In this document: positions 24,353 through 35,873 of the stretch, piece after piece
Position numbering within the stretch: position 1 is the stretch's first letter
Layout: every line of letters starts with the position of its first letter
NCBI GenBank assembly: GCA_964106645.2
Contig: OZ067045.1
DNA from: Podarcis pityusensis
Lineage: Eukaryota
Length of the DNA stretch: 64,000 nt
Direction: 5' to 3' (one strand)
Translations under genes and position numbers: made by a program
The notes under the pieces: model-generated
The model's input: the letters and a program-made list of their open reading frames with translations, nothing else
What the model was told of the DNA's origin: nothing
Databases searched by the model: none

Positions 24353-25272
24353 AATCCCAAAGAAGCCTTTGTAATAATAAAAAGTATCCCTTGCGATTGA
24401 AACTTCCACAATAGCCTTCTCAACTCTGACTAAATGTAGACAACCTGGGTACCTACCTAATTCAAATGTTATGGAAAAAATATGTAGCCATACTTCGACA
24501 TCCACATTTCTCTGAATTTTGCCATGCAGTTCTCCAGCTAAGTAATGAGCATGAAAAATGTATCTGCTGGGGTACAATGCGCCTTACTTGGTAAATAGCA
24601 TACAGGAAAACGGCTTTGCAAAACAAAAGAAAAAAAGGTATTTGGGGCAAAATTGCTTACATGTGTATAGAATTCTCACTCAAATGCTGCAAATTTTCAA
24701 TAGGGACATTTTAGAAAAATTGAAGTGGAAATGCAGAGAACTAAACTTACGTTTGGAGAAATAGCAAGAAGCAGAGAGAAACTGAAAGCGACCGCTTTGC
24801 CCATCCCTGGGTGTCAGCCTCCCCAGCCCTTGCCCAGCCTTACCAGCAGGACCTGGGGCTACTGCAAGCCCAACAGAAGGCACTCCCTCCTTCTGCAGTC
24901 TCGAGGTCTTCCAGGCAATGCCATAATGGGCAAGCTGTCATCCGCAATGGAGCAGCAACCCATTAGAGGACGACTCTCCACTGTGCGCTGTGGACACTGT
25001 TGCTGATTCTGGCTGTTGTGGGTCTGCTCCAGTCCCCTTTTGGCATTTCCCCCACACACACCGCACCAGCTGCAGGCCTCCCCCTCTCCCCACTGTCCTC
25101 AGGGACTCCATGGCCCTGCCAACAGGGTGAAAGCCAGAGATTTCCTTGGCTAAACCCCCTGGGGGAGGGGGCGTAAGCTGCTGTGTGCTGTGTTTGTGTG
25201 CTCTGGGATCCCTGCTGCCTGGCAGATACTGACCCCAAAGAACTGGATTCTCCTGTCAATCTGCCTCGTTCC

Positions 25273-25318
<46 letters not shown>

Positions 25319-25395
25319 CCTCCCTGTCTCTTTGCACAGCAGTATCTCACCCTGTGGATGCCACGGCAGTGTCTGGGCCCCAGACATTCCCATAC

Positions 25396-25583
25396 AGGAA
25401 CATTGGAAACTGCAATATACTGAGTCAAAACATTGGTCCAGCTAGCTCAGTGCTGTCTACACTGACTGACAGACGTTTTCCAGGGTTTTCAGGCAAGGGT
25501 TTCTCCCAGCCCTCAAGGGAGATGCTGGGGTTTGGATTTGGGACCTTCTGCAGGCAAGGGAGATGCCCCACCACTGGGCTACG
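25396..25583 (-). mobile_element. Squam3-like tRNA SINE
   Basis: Reverse complement of the SINE at 48134. Confidence 0.7.
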
Positions 25584-26614
25584 TAAATGCAAAACAGGGA
25601 GTTCCCTCGAATCTCCTGCAGACGGGAAAGGAAAAACAAGTCCAACCCCTAACAGATTCGCTCTTGTGAGTTCACCGCAATGTAATTTCACTCCGGCATG
25701 TTAAAGGAAACCAACAGAGCCACTGAAACAACCAGCGATATCAATTTTAAAACCAGCCAGGGTGCAATCTGAGCAAACTCAGGGGAATGGGGGAATACTT
25801 AGAGTTGCTTTATTTTAATTTTAAAAAAGGGTTGTTGTGAATAGCATAGTTGTGCAACTCAAGGTGAAACAACATGCTATCTCGGGAAAATATAGGGTTT
25901 CCAAACCAAGACTTTGCTGCTGTAACACAAACATGGGGATTTGTTAAGGATGAATTAGAGGGTGAGAATGGAGTGTTTATTTCCTCTGACATCCACTGAT
26001 TCTCCCCCATAAATGACTCTTTTTTTTTTTTGGTCTCAGAACATGGCAGCAGGGTGGAAAATGTTTCTGCCATTATGTCCCTTTAGGATACTTTTGGGTT
26101 TGCCCTGCTTTGCACTCTGCCAAACCTGTCCACATTCTCGATTAACCCTGCAGCCACAGAGACGTTTGCCTCCACACATTTGCTAAATGGATAGAGGGAG
26201 ATCAGGGTTATGTCTGCTTAGCTCCACATTTGATGCTGGACATCCCACCGGTCAGTTTCAATTTCTCCCATTTTTCCAATCTTAAATCCAGTTTTTCCAC
26301 ATTTCTGCATCAATTTGCAGTTGCTTCATTGCATTTTAAAAGGCTTCACGGGCATTAGTCAGAAACACAGGATTATATTCAACGCTAGTCCGATTAGTCC
26401 CACTGAATTGAACAGACATGGCTAAATTTGGTTCATCGATTTTAATGGGTCTTCTCTGAGTCCAATTTAGTTGGTGACATCCCTTACATTAATCCTACCA
26501 CAAACATTTCTGAGAGCTGTTTTCTTTAATGGCACGCATCCCCCCCCCCCAAAAAAAGTCATTTTCACCCATATACAGTATTTTGAATGTATAAGAGCAA
26601 GGGCAACTAAGGAA

Positions 26615-26760
26615 GCTGAGATAGCTCAGTCAGTTGAGCATGAGACTCTTAATCTCTGGGTTGTGGGTTCGAGTCCCACATTGAGCAAAAGATTCCTGCA
26701 TCACAGGAGTTGGACTGGATGACCTTTGCAGTCCCTTCCAGCTCTACAATACTATGATTT
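26615..26760 (+). mobile_element. tRNA-Lys/CR1-tail SINE, copy 2
   Basis: Same structure as 933-1075. Confidence 0.8.
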
Positions 26761-27363
26761 GATGACCAAGGCTGGGGCATCATGAAAGGAGAGCACATTG
26801 CTAGTCCTTCTGACTGCAGTTCCATAGCCATGGAAACATCCCTACCAAGGCTGGTGCTCCACTGATTGCCACCCTACTGGGTCTTCTTTGTTAACATAGG
26901 AAATCATTGGTCCATCTAGCTCAGCATTGTCTACACTGACTGGCAGCAGCTCTTTGGGGTTTCGGGAAGGGAGCCTTTTCCAGGCCCACCTGGAGATGCT
27001 GCTGGGGAATGAACTTGGAAAGCAGATGCTCTACCATGGAGCTGTTCCCTTTGATCCCCCTAAGCTGCAATAATAATAATGAAAACATTTGTGCTGGGCT
27101 ATGGATTGGGGCAGGTGTGTCTGTCTGCACCCTGCATTGTCAGTCTCTGCCAGCTTCTGCCTGAGAAGTGAGACCAGTATTACTCCATTAGTGCAGGATT
27201 GCTGTCAGCAGGAGCCCGCAGGAAGTTCAAAACTGAGGGATTCCAGGCATGGGAAGGAGAGGAGTGGGGTCCCACTGCTACCATGGCTGGTGCAGTGATT
27301 TGCTTGGCTCCCTGCCTGCCTTTCACTCAGTCTGGCGTAAGTGATGGGCCTGTGAAGGAAAAA

Positions 27364-27689
27364 AAAGTAAAGGACCCCTGGACGGTTAATTCCAGTCAAA
27401 GGCAACTATGGGGTTGTGGCGCTCATCTCACTTTCAGGCCGAGGGAGCTGGCGTTTGTCCGCAGACAGCTTTCTGGGTCATTTGCCCAGCAGGACTAAAC
27501 CGCTTCTGGTGCAACGGGACACCGTGACAGAAGTCAGAGTGCATGGAAATGCCATTTACCCTTCTTGCCACAGCAGTACCTATTTATCTACTTGCGCTGG
27601 TGTTCTTTTGAACTCCTAGGTTGGCAGGAGCTGGGACAGAGCAACGGGAGCTTGCTCCGTCGTGGGGATTCGAACCACCGACCTTCTGA
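27364..27689 (-). mobile_element. Sauria SINE (5' truncated)
   Basis: AAAGTAAAGGACCCCTG...GGCGCTCATCTC...GGGATTCGAACC. Confidence 0.85.
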
Positions 27690-28474
27690 GCGACCTTCTG
27701 TAGTGGCAGCATGAGGCCTGCCTCTCCATCATGTCCTCCTGCTGCCTGCCTGGAGTTTGGATTCCCTTGCTGGTTCCCTTTCAGCCATTCTGGCTTCCCA
27801 CAACGCCACCGCTTTCATCAAGGAGCAGGGATTAATCCTACGAGAATGGGGAGGGGGAGTTTGCGCTTCCCTCTCACGGAGAGATTGCATATTAATTCTC
27901 TCTAATGCTTCTCAGCCATGTAGGCAAAATGCGGGGGGGGGGGGGCTGACCTCAGCTATTTATAATAAAAAAAACCCTTCAATCTCCTCTCAGCATCTGC
28001 TGGGGCGGGGGATTACCCCAGCCAATGGGCAGCCCCATCCCTCTCTCCTATAACAAGATCCCCGTGGGGCTGATTACACTCCTGTGTGGTCTGTTTTCTC
28101 CTTCCATTTGAATCCTCGCTGCCCATCAACACGCTTTAAATTACAAAGCAAGAGGCACAGTCAGGATCTCTTAAGGCAGAGCCTATCTGTACTGACCAAG
28201 AGATGCTCAGTCTCCTGAAGAACATGAAGGTCAGAATGAGGCCTGAATAGTCCAGCATATTTTTTTTTTTTTGCAAGGAGCCTGTCAGTACTAGGTCATC
28301 CTGCACATCTAGGCCAGTGGTCCATCAGACAACCTCAACCTTCCTCTTCCTGTATGGTTTGCAAGCAGTAGTGGAAATAATGAAAACATCCATTTAGGTG
28401 CACAAGTGAAAATATCTGAGTTCTACAGGGCCGGTAGAGTGAGGCAGCTGCCTTAGGTGGCAGAACCTGGCTTG

Positions 28475-28859
28475 CAGACCTTCCAAGTGTTGCTATTTTC
28501 CAGGGACAGTCCTGGATTTACAAAAGCCGTCCCAGTTTCTGATTTGATCCTGGAATGTCCCACTTTTCCTTAAGACGACCCTATTTCCATCGGAGAAATG
28601 TTGGAGGGTATGGTAGGATGTCCCTATTTTCACCAGAGAAATGTTGGAGGGTATGAAGTTATCCAACCCCCAAGCCATCTGAAGGCAGCTCTGCATAGGG
28701 AAGGTTCCTAAATGTTTAATATGTTATTATGTTTTTATATGTGTTACAAGCCACCCAGAGTGGCTGGGGCAACCTAGTCAGATGGGCTGGGTATAACTGA
28801 ATGAATGAATGAATGAACAGGACATCCCTATTTTCACTGGATAAATGTTGGAGAATATG
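28475..28859 (+). mobile_element. Composite hAT-like element carrying an L2-like 3' tail (copy B)
   Basis: Inverted counterpart of 21684-22085, with the same subterminal repeats and internal tail. Confidence 0.65.
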
Positions 28860-29579
28860 ATGGTAGCAACAGTCTTCCCGCCACGCTTCCCAAGTCCTTC
28901 TCTGCACACAATAGCCTGATGCCTTGGAATACAATGGAGGGTGCTGTCCTATTGCCAGTGTTGACGTAAGATCCAACTGCCCATGTGGTCAGATTCTGCA
29001 TGTGAAATCTGGGCAGCATCACAGGAACACAAGAAGCTGCTTTATATTGAGCCAGGTCCATCTAAGTTTTGCATTTTGTACAGTGACTATTGGCAGCTCT
29101 CTGGGGTTTCAAGCTAGAATCTTTCTCAGACCTACCTGAGCATGTTGGGGATGGAACCTGCAACCTTTGGTATGCAGCCCTTCAAGCTTGTCCTTTGCAC
29201 CACAAGCAGTCAAATGTCTTGGGCTGAGCCTGGGGTTCTAAAACACAGCGGGAGGGGGAGCCTCCACCAGAACAGCAAGCACCCCACTTCACAACGGATG
29301 GAAGGCGATCAGAGCAGCAACACGCAGTGGGAGCGGGTGTGCTCATCCCCACATCCCCTCTGCTGTATATTTCCATAACACAAATACCAAATGCCAGAAG
29401 ACCAGCAGAGGCTACTCCATTAATCCCCACCTGCCTGTTTCCTTATTTGCAACCAATCCAGGGATTGGCCCTGCCTGTTAGCAGGGCCTCCTTAAGTCTC
29501 AGTGTTGCCCCTTGTAGAACTCAACAGGCTGTGTGTGCAAAACTAAAATGACTGGTCTCTGTCTGGCACTGGCTCTGAT

Positions 29580-29797
29580 TTATCTATTTATTGCATCAAC
29601 ACCCCACCTTTTCTTCAGGGTGTGCTTGGTTCTTCCCCCTCCCCTGTTTAACCCCCACAACAACCCAGTGAGGTAGGCCAGGCTGAGAGGCAGTGACCTT
29701 GCCAAGGTCACCCAGTGAGCTTCATGGCTGCTTGGTGATTTGAACCCCAGTCTCTCCCAGATCCTAAGCACTCTAACCATTGCACCACACTGCCTCA
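29580..29797 (-). mobile_element. CORE/MIR-like tRNA SINE
   Basis: CCAAGGTCACCCAGTGAGCTTCATGGCT...ATTTGAACCC...GCACCACACTGCCTC. Confidence 0.75.
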
Positions 29798-30214
29798 CAA
29801 TAGACGAAGTATCTCAGGAGGTGATTCCACCTATTGAAGGGCGGCTGACGCTCTGCGTCATCATTCCCAATAATAGGCAGGGTGAAAGCAAGACTGTAGG
29901 CTTCTTCACTGATTTTTTTTTTATTACTTTAAAAAATCAAAAATTATTTAGTATGGGTGTAGGCATTGGCCAGTCCATGAGTTTCTCATCCGTGCCGGCT
30001 TTATTTTATTTATTAAATTTCCAAACTGCCCTTCATCCGAGGATCACAGGGTAGTTTGCAATATAAAAACCACAAAAATGCATAACTAGAAACAGGCAAA
30101 CCGGCAGCGTCCTCTCTACACAGTTCCTAAAGGTGCAGGATCCCATCCTCTTTTGCATCTGGCTCTCCATCTGGTTAAGGAGGAAACCCCAGCTAACAGC
30201 AGGATCCTGTTCTC

Positions 30215-30631
30215 TCTTTCTAAAAAATATATTTTTATTAATTTTTACATGAAATTTCAAAACAAAACAAAACAACATACAACATATTTTCTCATCTTAT
30301 TCAGTGTTTTGGACTTCCATCAACCATATCTGAAGATTTTTCAATCTTTATCACTTAATCTGCATTTCATTAATTTCACTATTACTTTTAATAGTCTTTC
30401 ACTAATAGTTCTCTTCATACTTTTCTCTGTAATATTTCACATAGTCCTCCTTACAAACCTTCTTGCAATCCTACTAGCATAATCTGTTGATTACAATTGC
30501 TTTTCAGATAATTCACACAGTCCTCTGAGAATCTCTTATCCCGCAGGTTTCAAATCCTTCCTGTCATCTTGTCTAATTCTGCATAGTCATTAATTTTGTC
30601 TGCCATTCCTCTTTCGTCAGTAATTCTTCTT
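30215..30631 (-). mobile_element. L1 LINE 3' end
   Basis: Exact 16-bp TSD GCAGGATCCTGTTCTC at 30199-30214 and 30632-30647; minus strand has L1 ORF2 C-terminus-like KEEWQTKL..DYAELDKMTG and an AATAAA tail. Confidence 0.85.
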
Positions 30632-30719
30632 GCAGGATCCTGTTCTCAATGTACTCCTATTACATTCAGTGGGAACTACTCTAGGTGGGTATGCAATGGC
30701 AGCCTAAACCCTCATTCTG

Positions 30720-31245
30720 TGTCCCACACTTACTATGTTTTGGGAGACAGTGCTGAACTATATTAATAAGACACTATGGGGAAAAGTAAGATTTTTCAGA
30801 GGTCAATATGCTCTTGAACTATATACCCATTGTATGGAAATTGACAACAGGACAGTGAAAATGGATTCTATGTGCCCTAACGGTAGCCAAGAGACTGCTA
30901 CTAAAGAATTGGAAGAATAGAGGTACGATTCTGCTCAATCGATGGCATGACAACATGACAACATTGGCAACATATGAATGGACAGCTTATAGACACAGAC
31001 TGTCTTTGGATAAATACAATGGAATGAGTTTATACAGAATATATTAGGTTATTGAAAAGTATATGTGTATTAGGATAATAAGAATATACATATTTGTATA
31101 TTAATGTATGGTAATGTAACAGTGTTGTTTCTTTTTTTCCATTCTCACTTTTTCTTTCTTCTTTTTCCCCACTCTTTTTTATAAATGATTTTTTCTTAAT
31201 AAAATATTAATATATAATTTTTTTTATTAAAAAAGAAAAGAAAAG
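30720..31245 (+). mobile_element. L1 LINE 3' end
   Basis: Exact 14-bp TSD AAACCCTCATTCTG at 30706-30719 and 31246-31259; AATAAA plus A-rich tail. Confidence 0.8.
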
Positions 31246-31365
31246 AAACCCTCATTCTGCTTTCTGCCCTACATTGCACTACTCATCCTATGGCATGGCG
31301 CAATAAAGAGTTAAATATTTGTGCTGTTTATCATGCCCAGAAGGAGACGACCAATGATATCTATG

Positions 31366-31550
31366 GAACACATGAAGCTGCCTAAAATGCAGATCACTGG
31401 TCCATCTAGCTCACTATTGTCAACTCGGACTGGCAGCATCTCTCCAGGGTTTCAAAGCAGGGACACTGCCTGCCCAATCTGGAGATGCTGAGGACTGAAC
31501 AGGGCTGCTGTCTGCGAAGCAGGAGTTCTACCACTGAGCTACAGCTCTTC
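31366..31550 (-). mobile_element. Squam3-like tRNA SINE
   Basis: GGTCCATCTAGCTCA...TACCACTGAGCTACAG. Confidence 0.7.
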
Positions 31551-31847
31551 CCCAAAGTGCCAAATTTGCAGAACTGCACTTGCGATGACTTGTTTTAAAA
31601 CCACCTTGGCTGTGTTCCCCTCCTGACTGTTGGGGTTGTTTTGTTTTCCTCCATCATTTCCCCCCTCAGTTGTTCAGACTTGCCCCCAGGCAGCAGTTAA
31701 CTTGCAGATACATAAATTAACCTATGCAAATGAGAAATAACGAGGAGGATGGCAGACCTGGCCTTCTTATCAGAGAGCCCAGGTTGCAGCACCCAGAGGG
31801 CAGCTGCAGACTCCCTCTCCTCTCCCCTCCTCCTTATTGAGGCTTAC

Positions 31848-31932
31848 CCGAAGCTGCAGGCCTTCCATAGCTCGCTACAGTTTTTCCTTCATGGCGTCCA
31901 CCGATATCTCTAAAAATCCAGGGAGATGGCCC
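31848..31932 (-). CDS. LACTBL1: Probable upstream LACTBL1 exon (5' UTR plus MEGLQLR, ATG at 31868)
   Basis: Acceptor cctctcttgcAG and donor CGG|GTaagc. GCTATGG start followed by 7 codons ending in phase 0, compatible with the phase-0 start of exon 22479. Confidence 0.5.
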
Positions 31933-32691
31933 CTGCAAGAGAGGTAGGATCAGTTAGAATAGGGCTCCTTCATAATCCAGTGATTGGGAGACCTGGGAAG
32001 CAGGTGCTCTGAAACTTCCTATGGCCTCCGATAAATCTTCATCACCTTTTCCTCCTCCTATATTTGCAGGTAGGATGTCTTCCTCTGGCCTTTCATTTCT
32101 CTAAAAGCCAAAGGAAGCTTAAATGGGTGCTCTGGTGCTGGCCAGGCATTTGGGGCTACGGGGCACTGCCCACCTCCCCAAATCTGTTCCGGTAGACTTT
32201 GCTTGTTGGAATAATCCAACAAGCAAAACCACCCCTACCTCCCCAAAAAGGAGCCTCGCAAGGGCCACCAACTCCCATTTTGCAGAGATGCCATAAAAAA
32301 AAGTTCTTACCAGGCTCTTTGCTTCTGCTTTGTGTGTCCAAGCGGTGCTGCCTGGGAGTTTGGGGGCTGGCGTCCTGCTGCAGATGTTAAGACCGGACAG
32401 AACGGTAATCCCGTCGGGCGCAGATTACTCCCCTCGCCAAGGCAATGTGCAGGCTGTGGAACATCTGGTCCAGAGCAAGCCCAAATGCAGCCTGGGGTTT
32501 CAGGGGGCAGACGGGGAGGAGTGCTTTAAGCCCTGGCATAAACATTTGCTGGCTGAGCTGTGCAGGCAGCTGACCACTCCAGATTTCAGAAGGGAAATGT
32601 GTTAATCGGAGCAGGAAGGGAAGGAGGTGGAAGGGTGCTGGGCCTTGGGACAGCCGGGCAGCCTTCACTGCAAAGGCTGTATGTGTTGCAA

Positions 32692-32773
32692 CATAGAATC
32701 ATAGAGTCGGAAGGGACCACGAGGGTCATCTAGTCCAACCCCCTGCAACACAGGAATCTTTTGCCCAACATGG
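32692..32773 (-). mobile_element. tRNA-Lys/CR1-tail SINE, partial copy
   Basis: CATAGAATCATAGAG...CAGGAATCTTTTGCCCAACATGG, cut off at the adjacent DNA transposon. Confidence 0.65.
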
Positions 32774-32778
32774 AGATT

Positions 32779-33451
32779 CACTGGGAAACAATTTTTTTGT
32801 TGCATTGTCACCTGCAGTTGTTCTAACCTAATTTCGACATGCTGATTTCATATCTGAAGTTGGCTTTGTTCTGTAAGCTCTAGTTTTTTGCAATTCATGT
32901 TTTTCACTTTTCACCATAATCTTTGTTTTTCACAATGCAAGAATTCAACATTTTATTAAACGGATTGCCAAAGTACTACAATATGAGTATAAATGTAAGT
33001 GACTTATATAGTATTGAACATGACATGTATAGCATTGAAGATGACATGTATATCTATGTACAGCTGGAGGTATGCAAAAAATGTATTCCCTTGGGATACA
33101 CAGTATACTGGGGAACAATTTTTTCCCCATTTTGTATTGCATGAGATTTTTCAGCGTGTACATGCTATAGTTATCTTTCAATTTCCGACTTTTGCCGTTA
33201 TGTTATATTTACACAACTATAAAAATAAAGAAAAATAATAATTACCATGTGGTTAGGGTAGATCAATGTGTCAGTGTCCACTTAACCCCAGTGTAAATAT
33301 GACATAACAGCAAAAGTCGGAAATTGAAAGATAACTATAGCACGTACACGAAAATCGATTTCAGATTTGAAATCAGTATTGAAAGAACATATAAGAACAG
33401 TTGAAAAATCTCATGCAAAAGAAAATGAAAAAAAAAAATTGTTCCCCAGTG
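32779..33451. mobile_element. Chapaev3/CMC-like non-autonomous DNA transposon with internal fold-back
   Basis: TIR CACTGGGAAACAATTTTTTT / AAAAAATTGTTCCCCAGTG; subterminal GCTGATTTCATATCTGAA / TTCAGATTTGAAATCAG; a third end at 33106. Confidence 0.6.
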
Positions 33452-33931
33452 ACAGATCAAAATAGGGGCACACTTATTTTCATAGCAAGGATGCCCCATG
33501 GTTGTGCACTGCTGAAGTTTCTATCTTTCCTGGGTTTGTTTGCTGTTTTTGACTGATGTAAAAAAAGATTGCTCTTTTGGTGAAAGATACACTACTACAC
33601 ACTGCCTGAAACCCTGAAAAGCCACCTCCACTCAGCGCAGAGTAGGTGTGGGAAACTTCTGGCCCTCTGGATGATGCTGAACTACAACTCCCATCACCCC
33701 TGGCTTTTGCCCATGCTTGCTGGGGATGCTGGGAGTTGTAGTTCAGCAACACCTGCAGCATGAAAAAGTCCTCCAGCCTTGGCATAGCCAGTTCTGAGAT
33801 AGATGCACCAATGGTTTGACACATCTTCCAATGTTTGCATGTTAAAGTGAATTAAGCTGTGGAAATTCACATTCCTGGAATCACCGTGAAGACATGCTGG
33901 GACCCCTCCCAATGACCCCCCCCCCCACTAC

Positions 33932-34120
33932 CTGCCAGGAGGCTGGCACCTCCCTCCTCAGTTGACGTGGATGAACCACAGCCAGCACACAATCTTGTAC
34001 AGAAGCACCAGCTTAGATCCCTGTTACGTTAAATTATGTAAGGAGCTTTCAGATCCAGAACTCAGCATGGGGTGCTGAGCAGAACCAGCTGGTGCCAGGC
34101 TTAGGATCAGAGCAGCAGCG
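33932..34120 (-). other. Candidate non-coding first exon of LACTBL1 (5' end approximate)
   Basis: Donor CAG|GTagtg is followed by a G-run. It lies just downstream (minus strand) of a dense TF motif cluster and is repeat-free. Confidence 0.3.
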
Positions 34121-34147
34121 CCTCTCGTTTTGGCTCCCCCCTCCTCC

Positions 34148-34177
34148 ATTTGCATATATTGATTTGTTTAACCGGTT
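34148..34177. promoter_or_regulatory. Candidate promoter core: octamer, ONECUT, FOX and GRHL motifs
   Basis: ATTTGCAT 34148-34155, TATTGATTT 34157-34165, TGTTTA 34165-34170 and AACCGGTT 34170-34177. Confidence 0.45.
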
Positions 34178-34652
34178 CCAAATAGCCCGCAGAGGCTGGG
34201 CTAGGAGGCAGAAAGAACAAGCGCAATCAGATTAGTTTAAAGCCCATGCTCCAAGTGGGGTGGGATTCATAGAGTCATAGTATTGTTAGAAGAGTTCCTG
34301 AGTAGGGCCAGTCCCTACCAAAAACCCTAGCCCCAGAAAGCATAAGAAAGGGTGGAAGTTAGAGTCAAACAATGTCTGCAGGTGGCAATGCAGGTTCCCC
34401 ATCGCTGCTCTAGACACCAGCGCTCTCTAAGAGCATCATGCTCTTACTGAAAACGGCAGTTTCAGGGTCTTAAAAGCAGCCTTTGCTTGGGGGAAACAAC
34501 CATAGCTCCCCGACAGAAAGTCTGCTTTCCATGCAGAAGGTCCCAGCTTCAATCCCCAGCAGAGACTCCTTTTTGATATCATGGAGAACCACTGCCAGAA
34601 CTCAGGTACATTATTAAAAAAAACCCAGCGTTTTCAATGCGTAATAAACATG

Positions 34653-34670
34653 CAACACCAGATGGCGCTG
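34653..34670 (+). promoter_or_regulatory. CTCF-like motif
   Basis: CAACACCAGATGGCGCTG is close to the CCASYAGRKGGCRS core. Confidence 0.45.
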
Positions 34671-34956
34671 TAGAGCACAAAATTTTTCTGTGTGATTTTA
34701 CATGGCTTTTTCTCTCTTTTGTTACAACAATTTAATTTATTACTTATTTATAGCGTTGTCCTGTCGTCATCGACCCCATGTGTAGATCCACCCCCAGTCA
34801 GTGTAGAACAATAATCTTCAATGCTTTCTGACCCAATACTTGCTTTTAACCAAACATGCCTTTTGGGATCCATTTCTTCTTATTTATTTTTTGCCATACA
34901 TTTGCATTGAGAGAGTTCTGCTGTTGCAGTCCATCTCACATTCTGGAGTGCTGTCA

Positions 34957-35000
<44 letters not shown>
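34957..35000. repeat. (AAT)n microsatellite
   Basis: Direct reading. Confidence 0.95.
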
Positions 35001-35001
<1 letters not shown>

Positions 35002-35574
35002 TTTATATCCCACCCATCTGGCTGGGTTTCCCCATCTAACAGTTCTATCAGGTACTCCAGCTGAGACCTTACCTGCCTGCCGACTGTCTCGCCAGAGTGG
35101 TACATGCTCTGGTTAGCTCCTGCTTGGACTTGCCCCCTGCCTGGCCCACTCACTCACCAGCAGACACTGCCTGCCTGCCTGTCTGCTCCTTTCTTTGCCC
35201 ACTGGCAGCGGCGTTCCTGGCATGCCCTCCACAGAGGCCACTGCCACCAGCGTGGCCTCTGCCCAAGCCACCACAGGCACGGGCTCCACCTCCTCTGCTG
35301 GTGCTGCAGATGTACTTCTGGGACCCAGTTTCCGGAAGTGCCAAGTGATGGAAGGAGGAAGAAGTGTGGTGACATACAGGGGGCAAGGTAGGTTTTGCTT
35401 CTGCTTTTTGGTCCTGTGCTCTGGTGTGAGCCAACCGACTCGTGTCACAGGATGGGATGATGCCCGTCTTTTGGTCCTGCGCTCCTGCTGGCATTGGGAT
35501 CAGAAGCCAGGGCGGCTTCTGTCAATCTGGGATGTTCCACTTCACACAGTACAGTTGTGTGGTATGTCACAGTG

Positions 35575-35873
35575 CTTCCTTCCACAAGAGGTCATGGTAG
35601 CCCCCCAACCTTTGTAGAGGATTCCACAAACTGATGGCAGATAAGGCCATCAGTTCTTCTTAGCCAAGATGGCTATGTTCTCCCTCCACCTTCCGAGGCA
35701 TCTTGCCTCTGAAAACCAGCTACTGGGAATTGCAAGTGAGGAGAGCTGCTACTGTACCCAGGTCCTGCTTGCAGGTTTCCCATAATGGACATATGGTTGG
35801 CTATGGTGAGAACAGGATGCTGAGCTATGCTGGGCCTTTGGCCCAATCCAGCAGCGCTCTCTTTATGTTCTTA
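35575..35873 (+). mobile_element. CR1-like LINE 3' fragment
   Basis: Ends GGGCCTTTGGCCCAATCCAGCAGCGCTCTCTTTATGTTCTTA, like 52600-53105. Confidence 0.6.

Noticed and set aside
24680-25060. Alternative LACTBL1 first exons near GTAAG donors at about 24750 and 24843
   Set aside because: No ATG-led frame ending in phase 0 was found; may be UTR exons but unsupported.
35113-35617. Overlapping GC-rich ORFs
   Set aside because: Open in several frames on both strands because of composition; no recognisable product.
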